64,000 bases of DNA from Chiloscyllium plagiosum (Eukaryota): contig NC_057719.1 in assembly GCF_004010195.1 (NCBI RefSeq), forward strand, positions 49,665,771-49,729,770. Direction: 5' to 3'. Of this stretch, positions 36,622 to 49,540 are shown one piece after another. Position numbers and translations under genes: made by a program. How positions within the stretch are numbered: position 1 is the first letter of the stretch; each line of letters starts with the position of its first letter. Below the pieces are notes generated by a model. It was not told where the DNA came from. It saw nothing but the letters and a program-made list of their open reading frames with translations, and searched no databases.

Positions 36622-38141
36622 ACTATTGAGTTCTTTGAGAAGATGACAAAACAGGTGGATGAAGATAAGGTGGTTGATGTGGTTTATGTGGACGTCACTA
36701 AGGTGTTTGATAAGGTTTCACACGGTAGGCTATTGCACAAAATATGGAATTTTGGGATTGAAGGTGAGTTAGCGGTTTGAATCAGAAATTGGCTAGCAGA
36801 AAGGGTGGTGGTTAATGGGAAATGTTCATCCTGGAGCTCAGTTACCAGTGGTGTGCTGCAAAGATCTGTTTTAGAGCCACTGCTGTTTGTCATTTTTATA
36901 AATGATCTGGAGGTGGGCGCAGAAGTATGGTTAGTAAACTTGCAGATGACACTAAGGTAGGCAGAGTTGTGGATCGTGTCAAAGGATAGTGTGGGTTACA
37001 GAGGGACAGAGATAAGATGCAGAGCTGGGCTGAGTAGTAGCAAATGGAGGCTAATGTGGAAAAGAGTGAGGTAGTTCTCTTTGGAAGAAGTAACAGGAAT
37101 GCAGAGTACTGGACTAATGGTAAAATTCTTGGCAGTGTAGATGAACAGAGAGATCTTGGTGTCCAGGTGCATAAATCCCTGAAAGTAGCCACCCAGATTG
37201 ATAGGGTTGTTAAGAAAGCATATGGTGTGTTGGCATTTATTGGTAGGGGGATTGAGTTTCAGAGCCATGAGGTCATGCTTCAGCTGTACAAGACACTGGT
37301 AAGGCCGCACCTGGAGTATTGGGTGCAGTTCTGGTCACCACCTTATAGGAGATTTGGAATCTTTGGAAAAGGTTCAGAGGAGATTTACAAGGATGTTGCC
37401 TGGTATAGAAGGAACGTCTTATGGGGAAAGGTTGAGGGAACTGAGGCTGTTTTCATTGGAGAGAAGAAGGTTGAGAAGTGACTTAATCGAGACATATAAG
37501 GTAATCAGAAGATTAGATAGGGCGAACAGTGAGAGCCTCATTACTCAGATGGTGAAGGCTAACACGAGGAGACAGCTTTGAATTGAGGGGTAATAGATTT
37601 AGGACAGATATCAGGGGTAGTTTCTTTACTCAGAGAGTAGTAGAGACATGAAATGACCTGCCTGCAAAAGTAGTAAACTCACCCACATTAAGGGCATTTA
37701 AATGGGCACAGGACATACATATGGATAATAATGGAATGGTGCAGGTTAGATTACAGATTATATTACAGTGTGGAAACAGGCCCTTTGGCCCAACAAGTCC
37801 ACGCCGACCCGCCGAAGCGCAACCCACCCATACCCCTACATTTACCTCTTACCTAACACTACGGGCAATTTAGCATGGCAAATTCACCTAACCTGCACAT
37901 TTTTGGACTGAGGGAGGAAACCAGAGCACCCAGAGGAAACCCACGCAGACACGGGGAGAACGTGCAAACTCCACACAGACAGTCGCCTGAGGCGGGAAGT
38001 GAACCCGGATCTCTGGCACTGTTCCACCGTGCCGCCCACACCAGATGGACATCAGATTAATTTCACAGGTCAGTGCAACATTTGAGTGCCAAAGGGCCTG
38101 TACTGCACTGTAATGTTCTATGATCTATGTTCTATGTTCTA
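36622..38141 (+). mobile_element. CR1 RT and 3' end, interrupted in its 3'UTR by an HE1-like SINE
   Basis: ORFs 37044..37481 and 37354..37581 (YKTLVRPHLEYWVQFWSP, RRRLRSDLIETYK). Tail (TTCTATG)n at 38115-38141. Confidence 0.9.
37746..38040 (-). mobile_element. HE1-like V-SINE
   Basis: Reverse complement of 51042-51352, with an internal deletion in the tRNA head. Confidence 0.9.
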
Positions 38142-41100
38142 AGTATACGCTTTAGTAGGATTTTTATGGGTTTAGTCAAAACTTAGAAAGTATATTTCTT
38201 TGTAACACATTCCTTTATCAAAGCAAATTTTGGTGTCATTTGATATGCCTGCCTTTTGGAATAAATTGTGTGTGTTTTTTTTCATTTAGTATGGATATAC
38301 CCATAACACTGACAATGTAATAAGTGGTTAAAAAAATGCTGAACATTCTTAAAATAGTGATGACAATCTATAAAAGGAAATGTTGTACCATATGTTTGAA
38401 TAATTTCCCAACTCTTTGTGATTACAAAACTCAGCATATTAATCCAGCCAACAGTCAGAATGATTTATGTATTGTAGATGTTTTTCAGATCATGAACTGG
38501 ATTCAAAAATCAGCAATAAAGTACTGTAACTATTAGTACTGACACTTAAATAAAATAATGGTACAACTTTAACTTTATTCATCCAATGGTAACAAGATGA
38601 ATTGACCACTTAAATAATAAATTATCCATTTTAAAGGGGTGTTGAGACAGGAGCCTCTTTAATTGTTTTAGAATTCAGGGTCCTATGATATAATTAGAGT
38701 CCCAATATGATTTTAACTGAATTAGAAGTCTTGCCCAGCTCCAACGAGTTGAGTAAAACTCCACAAACTAACGGACAAAGTTGATAGTATTCCTTAAAAA
38801 GCACTTGGCTGCATGCACACCATCATAGGAATCTGTGCTTGTTCACATTTGCAAGTCGCTCAGACCCCTGTGAGATTTGGCCCATTATTTCTTCTTGAAA
38901 ACCAGTAAAAATTTGTTATCACTGTCAAAAAATATTCTACTGCTTCAAAGAGGACCACATTTTCTGTTTCATTCTGTTCCCCTGTCATTCTGGAGTGTGT
39001 CAGCAATGCTCCTTCATTGATGAGTATCAGAGTTTATTAATCTGAGTCTGAGCCTCTAGAATAGTGTATTCACTATTTCCTTATAATGCAATAGTGTAAG
39101 CAATGGTGTGGGGTATGTCTCCACATGACATCTCAATACCATCAGATAATCTGAGGAACATTCATGTAATGGAGCTGCTAAAGCCTATTTCTTGAAATTT
39201 GCAAAGAATAATGCTGCTTCTGTCAGCACTACATTGCAAATTAGACAGGCTTCCTGCTCTCACCATGCTGAACTTGAATAAGTACTATGCCTTATCCCAT
39301 GGTGGATGGATTTGCAACTACAATATGGACAATCTGGCAGTTGTAATGGGCTAATACAAATGGAGGACAGTAACTCTACTTAATCTTCTGAAATTCTATT
39401 GTCTGCTCCAGAATTCCAAAGCCACTGGTTAAAATCTTAAAAGCTCCCCCAGAAGTTATGTCATGGTAACCAAATTTGGAAAGAACTTCCCCACTTAGGT
39501 GATCTTTCCTAAGAAGCAGGGAATTCATTGACCCTCTTTGGTTGTGAGAACTCACTCACTGCTCTTGACTTCTTGGGCTCTACCATGACTCACTTCCCTT
39601 GTGGAATGGAAACCAAAAACAATCTTTGTGAATTGTTAGTTCTCATTGTTAGTAAAGCCTGCACTTGGCCATGTTTTCAAAACTTCCTGGACTTTATTAA
39701 TCATGCCATGTACCAACATGTCATCCATACGGCAGGTTAGATCTTGCTTGCCTTCATGGATTTGAAACATGGCACAATGAAAGATGTCTGGTACTAGACA
39801 ACTGCAAAAAAAAACCCACCTGAGCAGCATGATGGAAGAAGTTAATAACCTTGATTTGTAATCTCGGGCTACTTGCCAAAATCTGCTATTCATGCCTAAT
39901 TTCATGAAGAATATATAGCTAACTATTTTTGCCAGACTGAAAAAATTGGGTGGACTTCGATCTGGGGACCCTATTCAGCTACATAGGATCCACTAAAAAT
40001 CTGAGTTCTTTTCTCAGCTTGGAGACTTCTATCAGCCCCGAGCACCATCTGGGTGGATCTGTAACTGTTTCTTCCTATTGTAGCATGCTGTTAAGCTTTG
40101 ACTGCATTTTCTGTAGCAACGGCTGTGCTACCCTCCTTGGAATCTGTAACCATATTAGCTTGGCATCATTTTGTCTTGGCATGTAATATTCTTACTTCAA
40201 GTTTTTTCAACATGTAAAGATCGATGGGAAACTTTGACAAAATTCCTTTCTTGTAACACTGCATTCATTGTTTCTGGATGACCTAATTGTATGCATTTAT
40301 TCCTACTTAAAAGCAATGCTCCTTGCTCTTTGTGGCTAAGTGTGGCAGTGAACTGACTTTATGCTTGAAGATCTGTGCCTTCTGGACTTTGCAGTTGGAC
40401 GTTCACTGGTCAAACATCCATTGATTTAAGCCAGGTCACCCTGTCAGCTAAATTTCAAACCAGAGCTCGATATCTAATCTAAACTCTGTTTTGAAGCCTT
40501 TAACCTCTAGAACCTCTTCTGGCCTTCTTTTACCTAAAAACATTGGTTTGTCTTGCTGGACTTGACCTCGAATCTCCTGATTTATCTATTTTCCAAGTAC
40601 TTTCCATCTTCCAGGTCTTCTCTCTTTATTGACACTTGCCTACTTCTATGGCAATGCAGGATTTTCAAGACCAAACAGCCCTTCCACATTCTATCATTCA
40701 GACCTCTCTGCTTGACAATCGTGGCAGTTCGGTGTTGTCATGCTCTGCAGCATGAAGAACCCAATAGGAGTGCTGTACTTGTGTCCTCCACTTTAATGAA
40801 CAGCACTGATAACCAGGAAAGACCAGTAAGAAATAACTCTATCTACCTTTTGTGGGCCTTATGCATTCTCGAACTGCTGTAGCAATGGCAGTATCTCAAC
40901 CAATCTTACCATACTTTCAGCCAGGTTCCTATATCTACTGACTGAGGGAAGTCTGCTGGGAATTTTGATTCTCTGGTTTCTCTTCCATTTTTTTCCCTCT
41001 GCTCTAACAGTGTCTTCCAATTCATGTCCTTTATTCTTTTGAAGTCTTCCGAGTTTTCCTTCTGGTGTGCTGGAGTCTTCCTGTTTTTCTTCTCATGAAC

Positions 41101-41399
41101 TTTGATTAGTCCCTTCAATTCAGAAATCTGCCTAGCTGCACCAGGATTTGTGCTACATCATTACCTGCATTGAATGGGCTGCTCACAGTGACATCTACCC
41201 TCATGGATTCTGTCTGACATGGGGCTGTTTTGTGTAGTTAGACTTTCTATACTTTGAATCTGCTCCAAATCCATCTCTACCCTAAGACTAACTGATAAAT
41301 GACTTTCAGAGGTTCCTGTAAATTCTTCATTTATGATCTAATATACATAACACTGAATAGAGTTCTCTAGTACAAGTCTTCCATTTCTCCATATAAACG

Positions 41400-42270
41400 T
41401 AGGTGGGGAGCTCATGTTGTGATGAAGGCATAAGGAATCTGCAAGGCAATACAAACAGGTTAAGTGAGTGGTCAGAAATTTGGCAGATAGAGTTTAATGC
41501 AGGAAAGTGTAAAGTCATGCACTTTGGCAGGAAGAATCAAAAGGCTGACTATTATTTAAATGGAGAGAAATCCCTGAAAAAATGTGCAATGTAGAGGCAA
41601 ATGTGTGTTCTTGTATATGAAACACAAAAAGTTAGCATTCATTTGCAGCAAGTAATTAAGAAGACAATAGAATTTTGGCCTTTATTGCTGGGGAATTGGA
41701 GCTTAAAAAATAGAGAAGGCTTGTCAAAACTGTAGAGGGTGAAGGTGTGTTGTTCTGCTCCCCATAATTAGGCAAATAAATTAGCTTTGGAGATAGTTCA
41801 AAAATGATTCAGTGGGCTGATCCCTGTGAAGAAGGGGTTGGCTTATCAAGAATGCTTAAACAGGCTAGGCTTGGGTCATTTGAGTGTAGAAGAATAAGGG
41901 GTAATCTTAATGACATTTCTGAGAGCACTTGACAGGATATATGTTGAGAAGATGTTTCCCATAGTAAGTGATCTCAAACTAAGGGACATAGTTACAGAAT
42001 AAGGGGTCACACATGTAAAATTGAGATTAAAAGGAATTCCTTCATCCAAATGGCAGTAAATATCTGGAATTTTCTGAGAAAGTTTGAAAACTAGATCACT
42101 GAAAGTATTGTATAAGGAAGTAATTGGAACTAAAGTATCTAGGAGTTGAAGGAAATGAGAAACAAGCACAAAAAAAAGTTGTGGCCTGGGGCAGATTAGC
42201 CATGATCATATAGAATGATAAGGCAAGCTTGAGAGACAAGACCTACTCCTGTTTTTATTTCTTATGTTCT
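41400..42270 (+). mobile_element. Decayed CR1 3' part
   Basis: LSEWSEIWQIEFNAGKCKVMHFGRKN and tail cctactcctgtttttatttcttatg. Confidence 0.8.
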
Positions 42271-42587
42271 CTTCTTCGAATCTTGATAGCATGTAACTGT
42301 TGATGTCAAATTAAATTATCATACATATCATCTTCATTAGCATTCTCATCCCCATCATGTTACAATTAGTCTGGCATCCCATATAGAGATGATGGCTACA
42401 ATATCCATTCATGGCCAAAAATGCCCTGTTTGTATTGTCATGTCTATCTGTCTGTATTATAGACAGTCTGATTGAGAAGAGTACTCCTTGTATTCTTCTT
42501 AAAAACCTTAAAAATATTTTCAGAATACAGACAGCAGTAACATATTTATTGCAGTAAAACGAGGCAGAAATTGTCCAAATTGCATTT

Positions 42588-42942
42588 ATAGAGTCATAGA
42601 GTCATAGAGATGTACAGCATGGAAACAGACCCTTTGGTCCAATCCTTCCATGCCAACCAGATATCCCAACCCAATCTAGTCCCAGCCGGCCCATATCCCT
42701 CCAAACTCTTCCTATTCGTATATCCATCCAAATGCCTCTTAAATGTTGCAATTGTACCAGCCTCCACCACCTCCTCTGGCAACTCATTCCATACACATAC
42801 CACCCTCTGTGAAAAAGTTGCCCCGAGGTCTCTTTTATATCTTTCCCCTCTCACCCTAAATCATTCCATACACGTACCACCCTCTGCGTGAAAACGTTGC
42901 CCCGTAGGTCTCTTTTATATCTTTCCCCTCTCACCCTATACC
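42588..42942 (-). mobile_element. Young CR1 3' end with tandem duplication at its 5' truncation
   Basis: FSQRVVCVWNELPEEVVEAG and (GACTCTAT)n tail. Segment 42784-42860 is repeated at 42861-42940. Confidence 0.88.
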
Positions 42943-42949
42943 TAGTTAT

Positions 42950-44490
42950 GGGCATTTTTTGACTTTGCCAGGTAGATGCCAGTGTTGTAGCTGTACTGGA
43001 ACAGCTTGACTAAAGGTGCAACTAATTACAGAGCACTATTGCTGGAATGTTGTCAGGACTCAGTCTTTGTTGTATCCAGTAGGTTTAGCAGTTTCTTGAT
43101 ATCATGTGGAGTGAATACAATTGTCTGCAGATTGGTATCTGTAATTTTGGGAACCTAAGGAGAAGGCCAAAATAGATATTCCAAGAGAAACTTATTGCTA
43201 AACATAGTTGCAAAAGCTTCAACCTTGCCTTTTACACGGATAATGAGGGCCCTCTTTTTGGTTGCTTAATTGTTCACCATATGACCAGACTGGGTAGGTC
43301 TACAGTGCTTTGCTTTCATCCATCGATTATGGGATTGCTTGGCTCTGTCTGTCACAAATCTGGTTCTTTGGTTTAGACCTAAGTTTCGCTACGTTGACTC
43401 ACATTTTTAGACATGCTCCTCTCTGGCCCAGCTGTACTCTTCATTGAATCTGGGTTAATCTCTTGCCTGACAGTACAGAGAAAGATATGCAGACGATGAG
43501 GTTGAATGTAATGTTAATGCTGCTGATGCCTTTAGCATGGTTGCCCAGCTTTGAGATGCTACATCTGATCAGACTCTATTCCATTTAGCTTCGTACATGA
43601 GTGACACAACCTGATGGACAGAATACCGTGTGGGAAGATGGGTCTGCATCTTTATAAAGACTATGCAGTGGTCACTCCTACTGTAACGGTCATGCATTTG
43701 CCAAAAGTAGATTGGTGAGGATGAGGTCAAGTAGGCTGAGCCTCTTGTTGTTTCCTTCACCCATTAACTGGGGCCCAGTCTGTCAGATATGACATAGAAG
43801 CAGGAGTAGACCATTTGGTTTTTAACTCAACTGCTTAATTTAATAAGATCATGGCTGATTTGGTTGTGGTCTCAGCTTCATTTCCTGTCTGCACTCAACA
43901 ATCCTCAACTCAGCCAGCCTGGTCAGCAGCGCTGCTAACAAATCGCCAATAGTGATAGATATTGAAGTTTCCCAGAGTACAATCTGAGCCCTTGCCAGCT
44001 TCACTGCTTCTTTCAATTGGTGTCAACATGGATTATTGCTGATTCATCAGCTGAGGATTGGAGGGGATGGTGGCACAGAGGGGAGGGAATGGTAGATTGT
44101 AAAATCAGCAGGACGCTTCCTTGCTCACAGTTGGCCTAATGCCATGTGATCCAAAGTCAATGTTGAGGACTCCAAGGGCAACTCCCTACCAATTGTATAC
44201 CACTATGCCACCTCTGCTGGGTCTGTCCTGCAAATGGGACAGGGAGTATCCAGGGATGGTGATAGTGGTGTCTGGGACATTGTCTGTAAGGTATGATTAT
44301 TACTATGCCACACTGTATCTTGAGAGCTGGCCTAATTCTGGCACATGCTCTCAGATGTTAGCAAAGAAGACTTTGTATGGTCAACATTACTAATTTTGGT
44401 GTTGTGATTCCCAGAGCCTAAGTTAATGTCAAGTGATCTGTCCAGCCTTAGTCCTTTTCTGCCTTTCTGTAGCAGTTTGCTACAACTGCC
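42950..44490 (-). mobile_element. Decayed 5' half of Zenon-like LINE, same family as 60070-63468
   Basis: Inverse homology to 60375-62100 (gtagatgccagtgttgtagctgtactggaacag; gatagtggtgtctgggacatt). Contains a small CR1 tail at ~43790-43910. Confidence 0.75.
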
Positions 44491-44749
44491 ATTATCAGCT
44501 ATCTTAACTGAGACATTAGTTTGTTTAAAATATGCAATTTAGACATAACATTTCAGTCACAAATGATAAATTTAAATTTGGACTGATCCAATACTTCGTA
44601 TTGCTGCTCTTTTATTTAATAATGATGATGAAGAAATAAAAACATTTGTGTTTGGGTCTCATCATTGGAAATTCTTCAATTGTTTAGACAGCTACTCAGA
44701 AGCTTTTAAAATATGAGCCATTCATTCATATTTAAGAGGTTAAATTGTG

Positions 44750-44974
44750 CAAGGTTTATGAAGGTTTGTAGCTCAGGTTGAGGTTTAGGGTGTAGGTTTG
44801 CTCGCTGAGCTGTAGGTTTGCTATCCAGACGTTTCATTACCTGGCTAGGTAACACCATTAGTGGCGACCTCCAAGCCGCTTCACTTGGAGGTCGCCACTG
44901 ATGATGTTACCTAGCCAGGTAATGAAACATCTGGATAGCAAACCTACAGCTCAGTGAGCAAACCTACACCCTAA
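44750..44974. mobile_element. Palindromic PLE-derived element of two inverted hammerhead-bearing pseudo-LTR ends
   Basis: Arms 44785-44875 and 44884-44974 (87/91 complementary, 8-nt loop). TSD AGGTTAAATTGTG at 44737-44749 and 44974-44986. Confidence 0.85.
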
Positions 44975-45414
44975 GGTTAAATTGTGTTTTACTAAATGCG
45001 AATTATTATCAGTTTGGATGAAAATATGAGCATAACTAAATGATTCCTTTTGATTCTGTTATCACACACACAAATTAAATTCGGACAAGGAATTTTTCAC
45101 CAAATGTAAGTTGCAGTGGTGCTGGACTCAAAAAAGATACATGCTGTGGTGCTACTAAAGTACCTTGGGAATCGCGTGAACACTATTTCCTATTATCCGA
45201 AAGCAATACAGAATAGTAGGTGTGCAAAGTTAGTTCACCTTGGGGATGGGCTTGAATCCAATGCAAAGCAATGGAATGACAGACTCCTCTTGCATATAAG
45301 TCCATAGTAAAAAATTGTTAACAAATTAAAATATTCATATCATCCAGATAAAGTGTATGGAAAATGGTGCAGGCATATTGATGAAGGAAGCATTGCTTTT
45401 CAGAAAGCATAATA

Positions 45415-45905
45415 CAATAAGATATATGAGCAGAATCAGGCCATTTGGTCCATCAAGTCTGCTCTGACATTCAGTCATGGCTGATATATTTCTCAACCAC
45501 ATTCTATGTCTAATCCCTTATTAATCAAGAACTTACCTATCTCTGTCATAAAGACACTTAATGACTTGGCCTCCACAGACTTCTGTGCAATGTGTTCCAC
45601 AGATTAATCACTGTCTGGCTGAAGAAATTCCTCCTCACCCCAATTCTAAAAGGTTGTCCTTTCAATCAGAGGTTGTGACCTCAGGTCTCTCCTACTATTG
45701 GAAACATCTTCTCCACATCCACTCTTCCAGGTATCTCAGTATTCCGTAAGTTTCAACAAGATACCCCCTCATCCTTCCAAACTCCATCACGTACAGACCC
45801 AGAATCCTCAACTGCTGCTCAGATGACTAGCTCATCATTCCGTGGATCAGTCTTGTAAACCATCTCTGAACACCATCCAACACCAATATATTCCTTCCTT
45901 AGATA
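45415..45905 (-). mobile_element. CR1 3' end
   Basis: Inverse similarity to the 7481-8002 type tail (gaagaaattcctcctca, attcagtcatggctgat). Confidence 0.75.
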
Positions 45906-46299
45906 CAAACTTGATGGTTTTTTTTATATGGTGAAAATTAAGCAAATGTTCACTTGTACAATCAGGATTACTGATAAAAAGAGGTTGAAATCATAATGAT
46001 GACAACTAATTTTGACTGCATGGGCAGGTTGTCTGGAAACATTAGGGTTAGGATTAACAGCTTACAACTTTGTAGGTTGTGATTTAAACATTAATGAACA
46101 TTTAAATTCCAATGTATAAAATTAGGATTTGAATACTTAATTTAGACATTGAATGAGAAATCTTCCATACACACCAAAAATTTCTCAAAGCAATGGCAAC
46201 CCTGACTGTCTGTCACACTAAATCAGAGACCATGGGTGTGTTTACTTCTGTGTCAAATCACTGTAAGGCCTAAATGCCCTGCAGTCTAACATGATACAA

Positions 46300-46535
46300 A
46301 CGGTGGCACAGCGCCAGAGATCCGGGTTCAATTCCTGCCTCAGGCGATTCTCTGTGTGGAGTTTGCACATTCTCCGGGTGTTCCAGTTTCCTCCCACAAT
46401 CCAAAAATGTGCAGGTTAGGTGAATTGGCCTTGCTAAATTGCCTGTGAAGGGGGAAATGTAGGAGGTTGGGTGGCGGGTCGGTGTGGACTTGTTGGGCTG
46501 AAGGGCCTGTTTTCACACTGTGTAATCTAATCTAA
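46300..46535 (+). mobile_element. HE1-like V-SINE with internal deletions
   Basis: cggtggcacagcgccagagatccgggttcaattcc...(TAATC)n tail. Confidence 0.88.
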
Positions 46536-46702
46536 AAAATGCCCATTGGCGTTCAATCTGGGCCCATTGTCCAGGAATTTGTAGCAGCAGCATGTTCAGT
46601 GCTCAGATTCTGTTCCACAGTTTGTACACCACATCCATCTTGCCTGCCTGCCTGCCCACCAATATTCAACAGAAATTGGCCTAAACAACAGTAACAACGG
46701 TT

Positions 46703-47080
46703 TTGTAGAGTGGTTAGGTCACTAGACCACTAATTCAGTAATCTGGATTAATGATCCGAGGTCAAAAAATTCAAATAATACCATAGTAGCTGGCAAATTT
46801 AGGTTCAGTTCATCAAATGTTGAATAAAAAGTTCATATTTGGAATAATAATGACCATGTAACAACTAGTTTGTCATAAAACCGATCTGTTTCGCTATTGT
46901 CCTTTAACAAATCCTTTAATAAACTGATCTCTATATGACTCCAGATCCACACCAATATGGTGACTCTCAAGTGCTCTCTGTACTCAACTAATACTCAGTT
47001 GTGTTCAATTCATCACAAACCTCTAAAGGGCAATTAATATTCACCATATCAGCAATTTGCATACCCTAATAATGAATAAA
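46703..47080 (+). mobile_element. Decayed short element sharing both head and tail with LINE 60070-63468
   Basis: Blocks tgtcataaaaccgatctg and tgactccagatccacaccaatatgg match 60216-60340. End aagggcaatta...aatgaataaa matches 63395-63463. Confidence 0.65.
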
Positions 47081-47089
47081 TATGACTTT

Positions 47090-47690
47090 TTTTAATAGAG
47101 GTATAAAGTACAAGAACAAGGAGGTTGTGGTGAACTTATGTAAGATACTAGTTTGGTCTCAGGTAAAATTTTGCATCCAGCTGTCGGTGCTGCACTTTAA
47201 GTAAATGTGAAGGCACTGGAGAAAGTGCATAAGTTTTAAGAGAGTGGCACCAAGGATGAGGACTTTCAGTTATGAAGGTAGATTGAAGAAATTGGGATTG
47301 TATTCCTTGGGCAAGAGTAAGCTGAGACAAGATCTGATTGAAGTATCATAACCAGGAGAAGTCCAGTAAATAGGGAGAAAATGGTTCTACTCATTAAAGG
47401 ATCAAGAATGAAAGTGCACAGATTTTAAACTAATCAGTAAAAGAAGCAAAAATGAGAGGAAGCAAAAATATTTCTATGCAGCGGATTATTCGGAGCTGGA
47501 ATGGAGTGCCCAGAAGTGTAGTGAAAACAGGTTCAATTGAGGCATTGAATAGGGATGCCATTTGTTAATTGAAAGGGAAAAAAAGAAATATAATTATAGA
47601 GAGAAGGAAGAGAATGGCACTAAGTGAGATGTCATTTGAAAAGTCAACAGAGACACCAAGGGCCAAATATTGTGCTGTAACAACTCTGTG
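47090..47690 (+). mobile_element. Decayed CR1 3' end
   Basis: YKNKEVVVNLCKILV-like start and CR1-like 3'UTR. Confidence 0.7.
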
Positions 47691-48256
47691 AAATTCTGTG
47701 AAATAAAAAAGTTTCTCTTCAACATTTTAGGCCAAATATCTCAGTGTCTGAACATGCTAAATTGCCGAGGTATGTAGATAAATATTAGCCTGGAAGATGG
47801 CATGGGGTTCAAATGAATTGTCTATCATTTATTAATGTGATTGCTCCTGCTAAAAGATTCTGTCTAGTGCAGTCAATTCAACACACCCATAGGCAAGAAC
47901 AGGAGTTTTTGCCCATTATAATTCATACACATAAAAGTTATCCTTTCTGGACCATCAACATTCAAAATGGATTCACCTTAATAAGTCATCTCAATCCTGC
48001 TGGAGGGAAATACATCATATTTTGTACAACACTATGCTTCTCAGGAATGACTTTCTGCATTAACTTGAAATATAATTTCCTCAAAAATTCACACATTATG
48101 AATAATATTATTATGATTGATCATGGAAACAGGAATCTAATTGCAGTCCTTTTTATGATGTATCTAAAATGGATTTACTCTACATTAAAGACTGCATTGC
48201 AGTTTTCAGTTGTGAAAAAATTGCTTTCATTGAAGCCATTAATCATAGGTACTTAC

Positions 48257-48476
48257 TCTAACTCCCATGAACTTGTCTTTGAGCACAATCCAAGAGAGCA
48301 AAAAGACAAATGCTTTGTTGCAACAAAAAAGAGCAGAGACATCTGTGGCTGTTAATTTCTTCAGAGCCAGTAAATATAGGTAATTAGTTAATGTCCAGAG
48401 GATAGAAAATGGGGCTGTTCTTTTCAGAAAGAGTCTCAGAGTCAGTCCTTCTTCTCCAAAAATCCGACTGCATTCC
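48257..48476 (-). CDS. SLC35F4: SLC35F4 coding exon (220 nt)
   Basis: atacag|G GAA TGC AGT...GGA GTT AGA|gtaagt. ECSRIFGEEGLTLRLFLKRTAPFSILWTLTNYLYLLALKKLTATDVSALFCCNKAFVFLLSWIVLKDKFMGVR. Phase 2 matches the upstream exon (AG|G = Arg). Confidence 0.95.
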
Positions 48477-48659
48477 CTGTATGCAATGAGCAGATAGATG
48501 TATAATCAGTCATATGTGTAGCAAGAACTTTTCTTTCACTGCATCTATTCAGTTAATAGCAAACATTAACATGCTTACTACACCATCAAATAAATATTTC
48601 TTCAAATACTTTGTTATCTAGCATCTAAGCTGTTAATACAGCTGATCCTTGTTTCTGTT

Positions 48660-49220
48660 GTTAGGCCACTATTGGAATACTGAGTTCATTTTTGGTTTCC
48701 CTGCTATAGGAAGGATGTTGTGAAATTTGATAGGGTTCAAAACAGATTTACAAAGATGTTTCCAGGGTTGGAGGATGTGTGCTTTAGGGAGAGGCTGTAT
48801 AGGCTGGGGCTGTTTTCCCTGAAGTGTCAGAGGCTGAGGGGTGACCTTATAGAGTTTTATGAAATCAGGAGGGGCGTGGGTAGTGTGAATAGAGAAGGTC
48901 TTTTCCCCAGGGTGGGAGAGTCCAAAACTACAGAGCATAGATTTAAGGTTAGAGGGGGAAAGATTTAAAAGGGACCTAAGGGGCAACTTCTATACATAGA
49001 AAAAGTGGTGCCGGTATGGAATGAGCTGCCGGAAGAAGTGGTGGAGGCTGGCACAATTACAATATTCAAAAGACGTCTAGATAGGTAATTAATAGGAAGG
49101 GTTTAGAGGGATATGGGCCAAATGCTGGCATTTGGAGTTAGATAAATGTAGGATTTCTGGTCAGCATGGTCGGGTTGGATTGAAGGGTCTGTTTCTATGC
49201 TGTACAGCTCTATGACTATG
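48660..49220 (+). mobile_element. CR1 3' end
   Basis: ORF 48720..48968 RVQNRFTKMFPGL...RLRGDLIE. Tail gaagggtctgtttctatgctgtacagctctatgactatg. Confidence 0.9.
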
Positions 49221-49339
49221 TACAGAATTAACGGAGTTGCACCTTTAACGAAAATTGTTTTCAAGTTATACCAAATGATTCCCAATTATGTGAACCCTTT
49301 TTGATCCATTTTCTTTATGACTTCACTTAGTACATTTGG

Positions 49340-49540
49340 TTTGGAATGTTCAACATCCTGAATGAGCAGCAATTTCCCTCAACTAAATATTGGGAAGTCC
49401 AATGCCATTATCTTTGATCCCTGCCACAAATTCCATTCCCTAGCCACCAACTCAGTGCATTCCCATGGTATCTGTTAGAGACTTAATCAAACCATTTACA
49501 ATCTTGGTATCATCTTTTGCTCTGAGTTTAGCTTCTAACT
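49340..49540 (+). mobile_element. L2 LINE RT fragment
   Basis: *MSSNFPQLNIGKSNAIIF...NLGIIF..E.SF resembles L2 WMxxNxLxLNxxKTE...NLGV. Confidence 0.65.

Noticed and set aside
47813..48355. Longest ORF in the track (180 aa, plus strand)
   Set aside because: No recognisable domain, AT-rich, and partly antisense to a real SLC35F4 exon. Most likely a chance ORF.
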